DNA of 64,000 nt from Candidatus Latescibacterota bacterium (GTDB lineage: Bacteria > Latescibacterota > UBA2968 > GCA-2709665), in contig OZ252100.1 of the NCBI GenBank assembly GCA_965248435.1, positions 2,944,001 through 3,008,000 on the forward strand, written 5' to 3'. Below the pieces are notes generated by a model. The model made no database searches. It worked only from the letters and a program-made list of their open reading frames with translations, and was not told the DNA's origin. Made by a program: the position numbers and the translations under genes. Each line of letters opens with the position of its first letter. The stretch's first letter is position 1. Below are positions 10,217-19,451 of the stretch, in pieces.

Positions 10217-10253
10217 AAGTTGCTGTTCCGTTACTCAGAATGCCCCTGAGTGG

Positions 10254-12500
10254 CTACCGTTCTTTTGCCAGCACATTGTTCAGCGTCTTGCTCAGCTCGT
10301 TGAGCCCAAGGGGTTTCTTCAAGAGTCCTTTGACACCTTCGGGCAGGGTCTTGCCCACCTCTCCCAAATACCCCGTCATCACCACCCCCAGAACTTTCGA
10401 GTCTTTCTTTTGTAGCGCCTCAAGCATATCCAGGCCACCCATGTCCGGCATCACCACGTCTGTAAGCACGAGTGCGATTTCGTCGCGATGCGTATCGTAA
10501 ACCTCAAGTCCTTCCCGGCCGTTCGATGCCGTGACCACTCGGTAGTTCAGATGCTCAAGCATTTCCTTGGCCACAACTTGAACCGCAGGATCATCTTCGA
10601 CCATCAGGATCGTCTCCCCTAGACCTCGCGAGATGCCCTCCTGTTCTTCCACCGCAGTGATCTCGTCTACCGATTGGGGAAAGTAGATTGTGAAGGTTGT
10701 ACCTTTTCCTACTTCGCTCTCCACGTCGATATACCCGTCGTGCTGCTTCACGATGCCATAAATCTGGGACAATCCAAGACCCGTCCCCTCTCCGGGTTGT
10801 TTGGTCGTGAAAAACGGCTCGTAGATATGCTTTACGACTTCGGGCTCCATCCCTTCGCCGGTATCAGACACCGTCAACACCACCCAACTGCCGGGTTGCA
10901 CGTCAGGAGCGGCAATAGCGGAGCTGGAGGATCGAATCGCCACCGTGTCCCCTGGCTCCAGACTCAGGAGAGAGAGCCCGATTCGAAGCTCTCCACCCTC
11001 TCGCATCGCATCTCTGGCATTGACCGCCAGATTGTTGATCACCTGTTGTAGCTGGGTCAGGTTCCCGTTGACGGTATAGTCTCCTCTTCTGAATTCGGTC
11101 ACCGTCTCAATAGATTCTGGCAGTGTTCGCTCCAACAGTTTCACGGTCTCCTTTAAAAACGGCACCATGTCCACTGGTTGTTTCTCCGCAACGGTCTTGC
11201 GGCTGAAATCCAGGATTTGCCCAATCAGTTGCGCTGCACGGTGACCCTGAGAAATCATCATCTCAAGACGCTCCTTAGCGTCATCAGATAAATCCGAGCT
11301 CATACTCAGAAGCTCTGCAAAGCCCATCATGACTGTCAGCATATTGTTAAAATCGTGCGCGATGCCTGCGGCAAGCTGACCTACGGAAGCCAGCCTCGCC
11401 TGTGCATGCAGGCGATCCTCGCTCTCCTTCCGTGAGGTGATGTCCCTCGCTGCTACTGTATAGAGGAGACGCTCACCGATCATTGTTTTGGAAATATAGA
11501 TCTCTAGTGGAAACGCAGATCCATCCTTTCTATGTCCTTGAAGTTCCAACCATTGTCCCATTACTGAAGAAGATCCATTTTTCAAATCGAACACCAAGCC
11601 ATTACCTGGTTCACCTCGGATCTCGTGTCCTATCAGGACTTGCAGATTCTTACCCACCAACTCATTGTGGTCACATTTCCAGATATTGACCGCCTCTTGA
11701 TTGATCATAACAACGTTCAAGCTCTCGTCGACTGCGATAATCCCTTCTCCTACTGTATCTAAGACAGACTGCATCTGAGCCTCTGACCGTTGCAGTTCGA
11801 AAGTACGCGTTGCGATCTTTACGCTCATTTCGTTGAAGCTATCTGTTAGCACTCCAATTTCGTCTGTACCGCTCTTTTCAACCGTTTTACCGTATTTCTC
11901 TTCTATCCCGATCTGCTTTACACTCTTGACAACGTTTTGTATGGGTACAGTGATCAGTCGGCTCAAATAGAAAGACATTACTAGGCCCAAAAGAAGAATT
12001 CCTAAACTGATCAGAAATCCCGCGAAGCGGATTCTGCTTATCTCTTGATCTCGATTCTCGAGCGAGAAGCCAACAATTAAATTTGCTTGTAAGTCCTCCT
12101 CAATATGTAAGGGTACGGTTGTGTGCAATATCTGGCCGGCCTCAAATGTACCTGTATCTGATTCGAATCTTGAGGGTATTGAAACCTTAGAGGGATTATA
12201 TGAAATGAGCTGAGACCCATCTTCGTGCAATATCGCAAGGTAAACGATGGCTGAATCTCTCCTCGCGAAAACGAAAAGCTGATTGACAAAATTGTAATCT
12301 CCGTCCTTCAAGGCGAGCGATACACCGCTTGCTAGAATTTGGACCGAGCCCTCTGCTTTGCTTTGCAAAGCCCTTGTGACCTGCTCTCTTTGTTTTGCTG
12401 GAAAGTATATAAGGACAAAAGAGGAAATAGACAGAAGTACCACTGTGGAAACACTGGCTATCTTCAGTCGTATCGGCAGATTCTTGAAACCTTGTATCAC
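10254..12500 (-). CDS. Hybrid sensor histidine kinase (2 TM, HAMP, PAS, HisKA, HATPase, REC)
   Basis: LAAGIAHDFNN, NLAVNARDAM, EPFFTTK..GEGTGLGL, LVLTDVVMP. GTG start at 12500 is inferred. Confidence 0.9.
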   Translation of the reverse strand: MIQGFKNLPIRLKIASVSTVVLLSISSFVLIYFPAKQREQVTRALQSKAEGSVQILASGVSLALKDGDYNFVNQLFVFARRDSAIVYLAILHEDGSQLISYNPSKVSIPSRFESDTGTFEAGQILHTTVPLHIEEDLQANLIVGFSLENRDQEISRIRFAGFLISLGILLLGLVMSFYLSRLITVPIQNVVKSVKQIGIEEKYGKTVEKSGTDEIGVLTDSFNEMSVKIATRTFELQRSEAQMQSVLDTVGEGIIAVDESLNVVMINQEAVNIWKCDHNELVGKNLQVLIGHEIRGEPGNGLVFDLKNGSSSVMGQWLELQGHRKDGSAFPLEIYISKTMIGERLLYTVAARDITSRKESEDRLHAQARLASVGQLAAGIAHDFNNMLTVMMGFAELLSMSSDLSDDAKERLEMMISQGHRAAQLIGQILDFSRKTVAEKQPVDMVPFLKETVKLLERTLPESIETVTEFRRGDYTVNGNLTQLQQVINNLAVNARDAMREGGELRIGLSLLSLEPGDTVAIRSSSSAIAAPDVQPGSWVVLTVSDTGEGMEPEVVKHIYEPFFTTKQPGEGTGLGLSQIYGIVKQHDGYIDVESEVGKGTTFTIYFPQSVDEITAVEEQEGISRGLGETILMVEDDPAVQVVAKEMLEHLNYRVVTASNGREGLEVYDTHRDEIALVLTDVVMPDMGGLDMLEALQKKDSKVLGVVMTGYLGEVGKTLPEGVKGLLKKPLGLNELSKTLNNVLAKER

Positions 12501-12598
12501 AGTTCGAACTCGCCTAAGTACTATTAGATGTATAGCGGGACTCGATTGCCAGTCGCCCGTTTTTACGGGAATTCGCGCAAGCAACTCGACATTCGAGA

Positions 12599-13087
12599 CT
12601 ATTGAATCGGATACTCGCTGCTCTTGAAATCTCTTCCATCAATTTTTAGATCCTTAACCGAACTCATCGATGAATTGAATTGATCAACGCCAACAAACCC
12701 AATTGCGCCGGCGTGTTGCGAGATATATTTCAGAACCCCGGCTTCTGAAGCCAACGCAACACGTAAGACCTGAAGCTCTCCATTCAATAACCTGCCTATC
12801 CACTCCAAGCGGGTCCTTGTTTGCGAAAGACCCACAACCTTTTTATAGAATCCGCGGGCCATACTCGATTTGTGTTTGTAATCAAGGAGTACGATAGCTG
12901 ATCCTTCTTCTTCCTGGTTTTCCCACACCGTTACTTCCGCCCGGTAGATACGTCTTAACTCAATCAAACTAAGAGAATCTACCGGGTTGCTACTATTCAC
13001 GACCACCACGACCTGAGCGTGGAGTCCCGCGTTACCAAGGATCAGAAAAGCAGAAACCAAAAATGTGGATAGTTTGTACGTATTCAT
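12599..13087 (-). CDS. Small PstS-like periplasmic binding-fold protein
   Basis: Signal peptide, VVVVNSSNPVDSLS..ELRRIY, GAIGFV. Confidence 0.7.
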   Translation of the reverse strand: MNTYKLSTFLVSAFLILGNAGLHAQVVVVVNSSNPVDSLSLIELRRIYRAEVTVWENQEEEGSAIVLLDYKHKSSMARGFYKKVVGLSQTRTRLEWIGRLLNGELQVLRVALASEAGVLKYISQHAGAIGFVGVDQFNSSMSSVKDLKIDGRDFKSSEYPIQ

Positions 13088-13101
13088 CGACCAAACCACC
13101 A

Positions 13102-14334
13102 TTAGTTGAAAAAGACAGATATAGCTGTCCAATACATCTGGAAGTTTTTGAAATTGCCAGGCTTTCTATTGAATTTGTCCCCAAAAAGATGGTTGTGAAA
13201 CTCCGCCTTTATGGCGACGTGAGAGTGAGGCCTGAAAGCGCTTCCGAACGTTAACCTGCGGAGTTGATTGCGAAACGAGAAATGTCTAGGATCTTCAAAC
13301 ACATTAATTTCCAAATATGGTGTGAGATTTTCAAGAAGGGTATAGTTCATGTGAACGTAATAGAATATCTTCGAAAAATTCGAGCTGTCGAATGCGTACG
13401 TTCGAGTCGTGTCAGAAATAGCAGAAGCATCCACGAGCGAAAGATTTGAGATGTCGCTTTTGACGAATTCCCCTCGAATCTCAAAATTGTGCTTAGCATA
13501 CCGAACATCTACACCTAAAGTACTCCGGGTTTCGGATTGTATAACCATAGGCAGGATAGGCACAATCCTGTTTGGGGTGAGCCCCAAAGACAGAGCCTTT
13601 GTCATAATTGCTTTCGTGTCCGCGTGAGGCCTGATTGCAAAGACACCCTTTTCGGTAAAAAAGGAAGCACCAATCGTCAAGTTTTTCACCGTCGGTTCTA
13701 TCCAAAGCCGGGCTCCAACACTTTTATTCGCATTCAAATCCAAATTACTCTCGTTTGTAGTAGAACCATTTCCCACATAAAGGTTGTAACCGGATTTCCA
13801 GCTCTCAGAGCTAAATTCACCTAACAGTTGCAAGTTTTGAACCGGTGGTATGATCGTCCCCGCAGCTGCTCGACGAAGAAACTCTTCTTCATACATCGCT
13901 GGAAGCACCACGGTGTTAAAAATCGGAGATTGAAACTTCCGGGTATTAAAATACCCGAAGGGCGCCAAGAATTGACCGCCTCGAATTCTCAGCCGCTCAT
14001 CGTATCGATACTCGAACCATGCTTCGAGTAGCTCAACCTCACCTTTGTCGTTGTGGTCACCGGCGCCTATGTCTGCTCCGTTCTGAAAACGAACGTTAAG
14101 GAATGCACGCCAGTCTTCGGAAAATTTGGAATTCAGCAAAATATGCGTCCTTAACAGGATAAATGTCGGGTCAGGATTCTCAGTGGCCCCATTCGGGAAT
14201 TCACGTTCAGAAAAGTCTCTCGCAATCAAGTCTAGATATCCGTAGATGGATAGCTGAGGCCGCTGAGCATAGCAACAGGTAGAAAACAAGACTGCCTGGG
14301 CAGTGACTAACAGAATGGTCAGGCTGCGTTTCAT
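13102..14334 (-). CDS. Putative outer-membrane porin (beta-barrel)
   Basis: Signal peptide, IYGYLD, LLEAWFEYR..LRIRGGQF..PFG, aromatic C-terminus AISVFFN. Confidence 0.7.
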   Translation of the reverse strand: MKRSLTILLVTAQAVLFSTCCYAQRPQLSIYGYLDLIARDFSEREFPNGATENPDPTFILLRTHILLNSKFSEDWRAFLNVRFQNGADIGAGDHNDKGEVELLEAWFEYRYDERLRIRGGQFLAPFGYFNTRKFQSPIFNTVVLPAMYEEEFLRRAAAGTIIPPVQNLQLLGEFSSESWKSGYNLYVGNGSTTNESNLDLNANKSVGARLWIEPTVKNLTIGASFFTEKGVFAIRPHADTKAIMTKALSLGLTPNRIVPILPMVIQSETRSTLGVDVRYAKHNFEIRGEFVKSDISNLSLVDASAISDTTRTYAFDSSNFSKIFYYVHMNYTLLENLTPYLEINVFEDPRHFSFRNQLRRLTFGSAFRPHSHVAIKAEFHNHLFGDKFNRKPGNFKNFQMYWTAISVFFN

Positions 14335-14414
14335 CGTTGCTCCTCTTCGCCTACTTAAAGGGGATTCACCTCTGAACTCCAACGTAGAGGATCCCTCTGC
14401 GTAACAAGGCAGAG

Positions 14415-14430
14415 AGCACCTGCCGTGCCA
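14415..14430 (-). promoter_or_regulatory. sigma54 promoter upstream of the porin-PBP-kinase cluster
   Basis: Minus strand TGGCACGGCAGGTGCT (GG-N10-GC, starting TGGCACG). Confidence 0.55.
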
Positions 14431-14667
14431 GCAGCTTGGTCTTCCAGCGTAACCCTGGCAACCCTTTGTTTATACGACAGAAGGGTGCGCTTCGGGTTGA
14501 GTGCCCCACGGACATCAAAAGTGCACTGGCTGAAATCTACCAGTTAAACGTCTGTTGACAAAGCGTGAAAAATCCGTAGATTGCAACGGTGATTGGAATT
14601 GTGGCTCAGCAATACCTCAAAACGCCTCTCCATCCAGAACGTTCGGCAATAAAAAGCGGGGTCCATT

Positions 14668-15027
14668 TTGACGAAACGGGTTCTATTGGTGGATGATTTT
14701 GAGGAGGTCAGGCTCCTTATTCGAATGTTTCTGGAGGAGGAGGGCCTAGAGATCTTGGAGGCCGGCGATGGGCATCAGGCCCTGGAGGTCTTGGAGACGC
14801 GTGGTGTTGACCTCGTCATCACAGATAACAAGATGCCGAATATGACGGGTCTTGAACTTATCAGAGCCGCCAAAGCACGTTTTCCTTCGCTTCCCTTCAT
14901 CGTGGTTTCGACCAGGGCGGAAGCAGAGGACTTCGGCCCTTCAGAACCACGCGCCATTATTTCCAAGCCTATTCCTTTAGACGAATTGAAGCAACAAGTG
15001 GATGAAGTGTTGAACGAGACGGTGTAA
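14668..15027 (+). CDS. Stand-alone CheY-like response regulator
   Basis: VLLVDD, VITDNKMPNMTG, SKP. Confidence 0.85.
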   Translation: MTKRVLLVDDFEEVRLLIRMFLEEEGLEILEAGDGHQALEVLETRGVDLVITDNKMPNMTGLELIRAAKARFPSLPFIVVSTRAEAEDFGPSEPRAIISKPIPLDELKQQVDEVLNETV

Positions 15028-15055
15028 CTGCTCGCGAATCTTTTGTGCAGACTAG

Positions 15056-15085
15056 AAACCGGGTGAGTTCTCAGCCGGTTTTTTT
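15056..15085 (+). terminator. Rho-independent terminator
   Basis: AAACCGG...CCGGTTT followed by a T-tract. Confidence 0.65.
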
Positions 15086-15389
15086 AATGGGTCCTGCTTC
15101 AGAATGGACTGACCTGTCAATCCCTTCGTACGGACCGTGCGCATGACTGGGTCTTTGGCTGCGACGTGACCGTGTGACCGGACTTCGGGGAACACTCGCA
15201 ATTCCGCTTGACATTCAACGTGGGTAAGGCATGTATATAACTTGAAAGCGCTGCTGCAGGCCCTTCCACCGCACCCAGGAGGGTGCCATGATCAGGGGAA
15301 TTCCAAATCGTCAGCCGCCCGAGCCGGAGCGGCTTTTTGCATTTAGGTCATGACATATCGCTTACCGCATCGAATAAGGAGGTGGTCCT

Positions 15390-16013
15390 GTGAAAGAGCA
15401 GGAAAAACCTGAACCGTCTGATGTCTCTCGCAGAGCATTCCTGAAAGGGATGGGGGGCGGTATCGCCGCGACGGGAGTGCTTACGAGCATCGCCACCGTC
15501 GAGGGCGAAGCCGCATCCGGCCAGACGCTGGGGCCGGGTCCCGTTCAGATCGCCCTCAACGTCAACGGAGCAGTGCGGAAGGCCAGGGTGGAGCCAAGGC
15601 ATACGTTGTTGGACGTGCTCCGCAACGCGCTGGACATCACCGGACCGAAGCCCGTCTGCGACATGGGATCCTGCGGGGGATGCACTGTCCTATTGGACGG
15701 CCAGCCCGTCTATTCCTGCATGACGCTGGCCGTGGATGCGCTCGGAAAGGAGATCACCACCGTCGAAGGGCTCGCAGAAGGAGACCGTCTGGATCCGGTT
15801 CAGGAGGCCTTCGTCAAGCACGACGCCCAGATGTGCGGGTTCTGCACCTCGGGTTTCGTGATTTCAGTGAAGGCCCTGCTGGAGCGCAATCCAAACCCGA
15901 GCCTGGACGACGTGAAAAGCGCCGTCTCGGGCAACCTCTGCCGCTGCGGCACCTATCCACGCGTCTTCGAAGCGGCGCTGACCGCCGCCAAACTCAAACG
16001 AGGGGAGGGCTGA
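15390..16013 (+). CDS. Molybdenum hydroxylase 2x[2Fe-2S] subunit with Tat signal (PaoA-like)
   Basis: SRRAFLK, CDMGSCGGCTV, QMCGFC, GNLCRCGTY. Confidence 0.9.
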   Translation: MKEQEKPEPSDVSRRAFLKGMGGGIAATGVLTSIATVEGEAASGQTLGPGPVQIALNVNGAVRKARVEPRHTLLDVLRNALDITGPKPVCDMGSCGGCTVLLDGQPVYSCMTLAVDALGKEITTVEGLAEGDRLDPVQEAFVKHDAQMCGFCTSGFVISVKALLERNPNPSLDDVKSAVSGNLCRCGTYPRVFEAALTAAKLKRGEG

Positions 16014-16016
16014 GCC

Positions 16017-18185
16017 ATGGCAGAGATGATGCAATGGGGTCCTCGCACCCTCACGGGTAAAGACGTGCAGCGTCTAGATGCGGTCGCCAAGGTGACCGGC
16101 CGTGCCAAGTATACCTACGACATCAATCTCCCCGGCATGTTGTATGGGATGATCCTCAGGTCTCCCCACCCGCACGCGAAAGTGATCAGCGTCGACCTGA
16201 GCCGGGCTGCAGCCCATCGAGGTGTCAAAGCCGTGCTCAGTCACGAGAAGGAGACGGTCCGGTATGCCGGGGAGGAAGTCGCCGCGGTCGCGGCCACGAG
16301 CCCCGAAGCTGCGGCCGAGGCCCTTCGGCTGATCGACGTAACTTATCGGCCCTTGCCCTTCTCTGTGGTCGAAGAGCTCTCCATGGACTCTGCTGCGCCG
16401 CAGATCCACCCGCGGGGAAACGTAGAGATCCGCGATCGCAGGCAGAAGGAAGATGGAGATCTGGCAGCCGGGTTTGCCGAGACGGACAAGGTGGTCGAGG
16501 CCACCTACCGCGTGCCTGTTCAGACGCACACCTCTTTGGAGACGCACGGTGCGGTCGCAAGGTGGGAAGGAGACGAACTGACAGTCTGGTCTTCCACCCA
16601 GGGCGTTGTGGGCGTCCGCAACGATCTGGCGGAATACTTCGAGATTCCGCACAGCAGCGTGCGTGTGATTACCGAGTATATGGGCGGCGGATTCGGCAGC
16701 AAGTTTGGTCCGGGAGTGGAAGGGATATCCGCTGCGAGACTGTCCAGGATGGCCCAGGCACCCGTGAAGCTGATGCTCAATCGGAGGGAGGAACACCTCT
16801 GCGTGGGCAACCGCCCGTCGGCGATCATGAAGGTCAAGATCGGGGCAAAGAAGGACGGAACCCTCACGGCCTTTCACTCCGTCAGCTATGGAACGGGCGG
16901 CGTCGGAAATGCCGGACTTTTCCCGCTCCCCTATGTATTCAAGGTGCCCAACTTCAAGGCCGAGATGAAGAACGTACACATCAACGCCGGCAGTTCCCGC
17001 GCCATGCGGGCGCCGGGTCATCCGCAGGCGGCGTTTGCGATGGATTTGGCCATGGATGAACTGGCCGAGAAGTTGGGGATGGATCCGCTCGAGCTTCGGA
17101 AACGAAACGACTCATGGCAGAACGAGATCCGGATGAAGCAGTACGACATCGGGTCCGAGCGGATTGGATGGCACCGAAGAAACAGCGTGCCCGGGTCCGG
17201 CAACAGTCCCCTAAAACGGGGGATCGGCATGGGCTGCGGACGATGGGGTGGCCGCGGTCGGAAGAATACCTTTGCCGAGGTCAGCATTCACTCCGACGGA
17301 AGCGTGGATGCCAAGAGTGCAACGCAGGACCTCGGAACAGGCACGCTGACCGTCGTTGCGATGGTGGCCGCAGAGGAGCTGGGTCTGAAACTGGAAGACG
17401 TTCGTGCTCACATTGGAAATTCTGATTTCCCTCAGGGCAGGGCCAGCGGAGGGAGCACAGTTACTTCTTCTACGGTTCCTGCGGTAAAGATCGCAGCCCG
17501 GAGGGCAAAGGCACAGCTGTTCGAACGCGTCGCGCCCGCCCTGGGCGTCGAACCGGATCAGCTCGAGGCACGAAACGGCCGGGTGGAGGTCGCGGGCAAC
17601 GGCAAGAGCTGGGACTGGCGCGACGTCACGGCTCAACTCGGCGGAAATTCGGTTGCCGTCACTGCCGAGTGGGAAGCGGGATTCTCGGGCACCGGCGTGG
17701 CCGGCGTCCACTTCGCGGAAGTGGAGGTGGACATAGAAACCGGGCGCATCCGGCCGATCAAGGTCGTTGCCATCAACGACTGCGGGCTCGTCATCAACAA
17801 GCTGACGGCCGAAAGCCAGATCATCAGCGGGGTGATCGGCGGGCTCAGCTATGCGCTGCTGGAAAACCGCCTGATGGATGAGCAGACAGGCCTGATGCTC
17901 AACCCGAACCTTGAAGACTACAAGATTTCAGGGGCGATGGAGATGCCCGAGATCATTCCTATCGCGATGGACATGCCCGAGCGGGGCGTGATCGGGCTCG
18001 GGGAGCCTCCAGCCATCCCGATCGGGGGCGCTGTGGGCAATGCCGTCTACAATGCGACCGGCGTCCACATTCGAGAATTCCCGATGACCCCGGACAAGGT
18101 GCTGAACGCCGTCAGCAAGGCCTCTGGAGGATACCAGACGACAGATCGGTCAACGTCAACGCCAACCCAACTCAGTGGCCGGTAG
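16017..18185 (+). CDS. Xanthine dehydrogenase-family molybdopterin-binding subunit (PaoC-like)
   Basis: KVTGRAKY, MGGGFGSK, AMRAPG, QDLGTG, GLGEPP. Confidence 0.92.
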   Translation: MAEMMQWGPRTLTGKDVQRLDAVAKVTGRAKYTYDINLPGMLYGMILRSPHPHAKVISVDLSRAAAHRGVKAVLSHEKETVRYAGEEVAAVAATSPEAAAEALRLIDVTYRPLPFSVVEELSMDSAAPQIHPRGNVEIRDRRQKEDGDLAAGFAETDKVVEATYRVPVQTHTSLETHGAVARWEGDELTVWSSTQGVVGVRNDLAEYFEIPHSSVRVITEYMGGGFGSKFGPGVEGISAARLSRMAQAPVKLMLNRREEHLCVGNRPSAIMKVKIGAKKDGTLTAFHSVSYGTGGVGNAGLFPLPYVFKVPNFKAEMKNVHINAGSSRAMRAPGHPQAAFAMDLAMDELAEKLGMDPLELRKRNDSWQNEIRMKQYDIGSERIGWHRRNSVPGSGNSPLKRGIGMGCGRWGGRGRKNTFAEVSIHSDGSVDAKSATQDLGTGTLTVVAMVAAEELGLKLEDVRAHIGNSDFPQGRASGGSTVTSSTVPAVKIAARRAKAQLFERVAPALGVEPDQLEARNGRVEVAGNGKSWDWRDVTAQLGGNSVAVTAEWEAGFSGTGVAGVHFAEVEVDIETGRIRPIKVVAINDCGLVINKLTAESQIISGVIGGLSYALLENRLMDEQTGLMLNPNLEDYKISGAMEMPEIIPIAMDMPERGVIGLGEPPAIPIGGAVGNAVYNATGVHIREFPMTPDKVLNAVSKASGGYQTTDRSTSTPTQLSGR

Positions 18186-18206
18186 CCAACAATAGGAGAT
18201 CCAGCC

Positions 18207-19190
18207 GTGAATGCGTTCGAGTACATCAACCCAACCAGCCTCAAGGACGTCCCGGGCCTCCTGAATGGAAAGGGTGACCGGAAGGCGGTTATCATCGCCG
18301 GAGGCGGGGACCTCCTGGGAGAGCTGAAGGAAAATCTGATTGCCCCCACACGGATCGTCAACCTGAAGGCCTTGCCAGATCTGAAGTACATCAGCCACAA
18401 GAGGGGCAAGCTAAAGATCGGCGCCACGACGACACTCTCAGACATCGCAGCCGACGAGACGATCCGTTCGTCCTATACGGCTTTAGCTCAGGCCGCGGAA
18501 TCAGTCGCCTCGCTGCAGATCCGAAACGTGGGTACGCTAGGCGGGAACCTCTGCCAGCGCCCCCGGTGCTGGTACTATCGGGACCCTGCGTTCGATTGCC
18601 TCAAGAAGGGCGGCTACACGTGCTTCGCAGTAGAGGGCAACAACAAATACCACGCCATCCTCGGGGGCGGTCCCAGCTACATCGTTCATCCGTCCGACAC
18701 AGCCCCAGCGCTGATCGCCATGGAGGCCAGTGTGGAGATTCACGGACCGGATGGAGCCCGAAAGCTTCCATTGAAGGACTTCTTCGTCCTTCCGGATGAT
18801 GATCTAGAGCAGGAAACCGTGCTTAGACCGAATGAGGTCGTCACTGAGATCGTCGTCCCAAAGCCAAAGTCGGGAACGAAGAGCCTCTATCTCAAATTCA
18901 AGGAGAAGGAGAGCATGGACTTTGCTCTCTCCGCCGTCGCGGTGGCGCTCCGGGTGACGGATGGCGTTTGCCGCTCCGCGAGGGTGGTCCTCGGCGGTGT
19001 CGCGCCCAAGCCCTGGCCGGTGCCCGCTGCCGATCGAATCCTCACCGGTAGTCGCGTGACTGAGGACCTTGCATCGAAAGCCGCTGAGGCGGCCCTGACA
19101 GGGGCCGAGGCCCTCCAGCATAACGGCTATAAAATCCCACTGACCAAAACACTGATACGGCGCGCCGTGATGGCGGCTGCCACTGCGTAA
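18207..19190 (+). CDS. Molybdenum hydroxylase FAD-binding subunit with a PaoB-type Cys insert
   Basis: IIAGGGDL, QIRNVGTLGGNLCQRPRCWYYR..C...C, HPSDTAPAL. Confidence 0.92.
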   Translation: MNAFEYINPTSLKDVPGLLNGKGDRKAVIIAGGGDLLGELKENLIAPTRIVNLKALPDLKYISHKRGKLKIGATTTLSDIAADETIRSSYTALAQAAESVASLQIRNVGTLGGNLCQRPRCWYYRDPAFDCLKKGGYTCFAVEGNNKYHAILGGGPSYIVHPSDTAPALIAMEASVEIHGPDGARKLPLKDFFVLPDDDLEQETVLRPNEVVTEIVVPKPKSGTKSLYLKFKEKESMDFALSAVAVALRVTDGVCRSARVVLGGVAPKPWPVPAADRILTGSRVTEDLASKAAEAALTGAEALQHNGYKIPLTKTLIRRAVMAAATA

Positions 19191-19206
19191 CAGGAGCGGA
19201 CCAGAC

Positions 19207-19413
19207 ATGGATTTCTGCAAAAACCTGAGGACAAAGCGCTACTATATTTCTGACGCGCCGCCGGCCTCCTACCTGTCCGAGGACACAGGCACGACGGGCT
19301 ACTGGTGTCTGCGCACGATGGGTCCGTTCGGTCCGGACGATGGATCTGCATGCCCGGACGACTGCGGTGCCCACAGGACCTGCTACCAGGCCAGCGTGAA
19401 ACGTCCCGCATAA
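19207..19413 (+). CDS. Small Cys-rich hypothetical protein (68 aa) at the end of the Mo-hydroxylase operon
   Basis: GGAG SD, 5 Cys, YWC..TM..FGPDD, 16 nt after the FAD subunit. Confidence 0.65.
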   Translation: MDFCKNLRTKRYYISDAPPASYLSEDTGTTGYWCLRTMGPFGPDDGSACPDDCGAHRTCYQASVKRPA

Positions 19414-19451
19414 ATCTTGGGACGTGAGAGCTTCTTGAAAGGAGTCTGACC

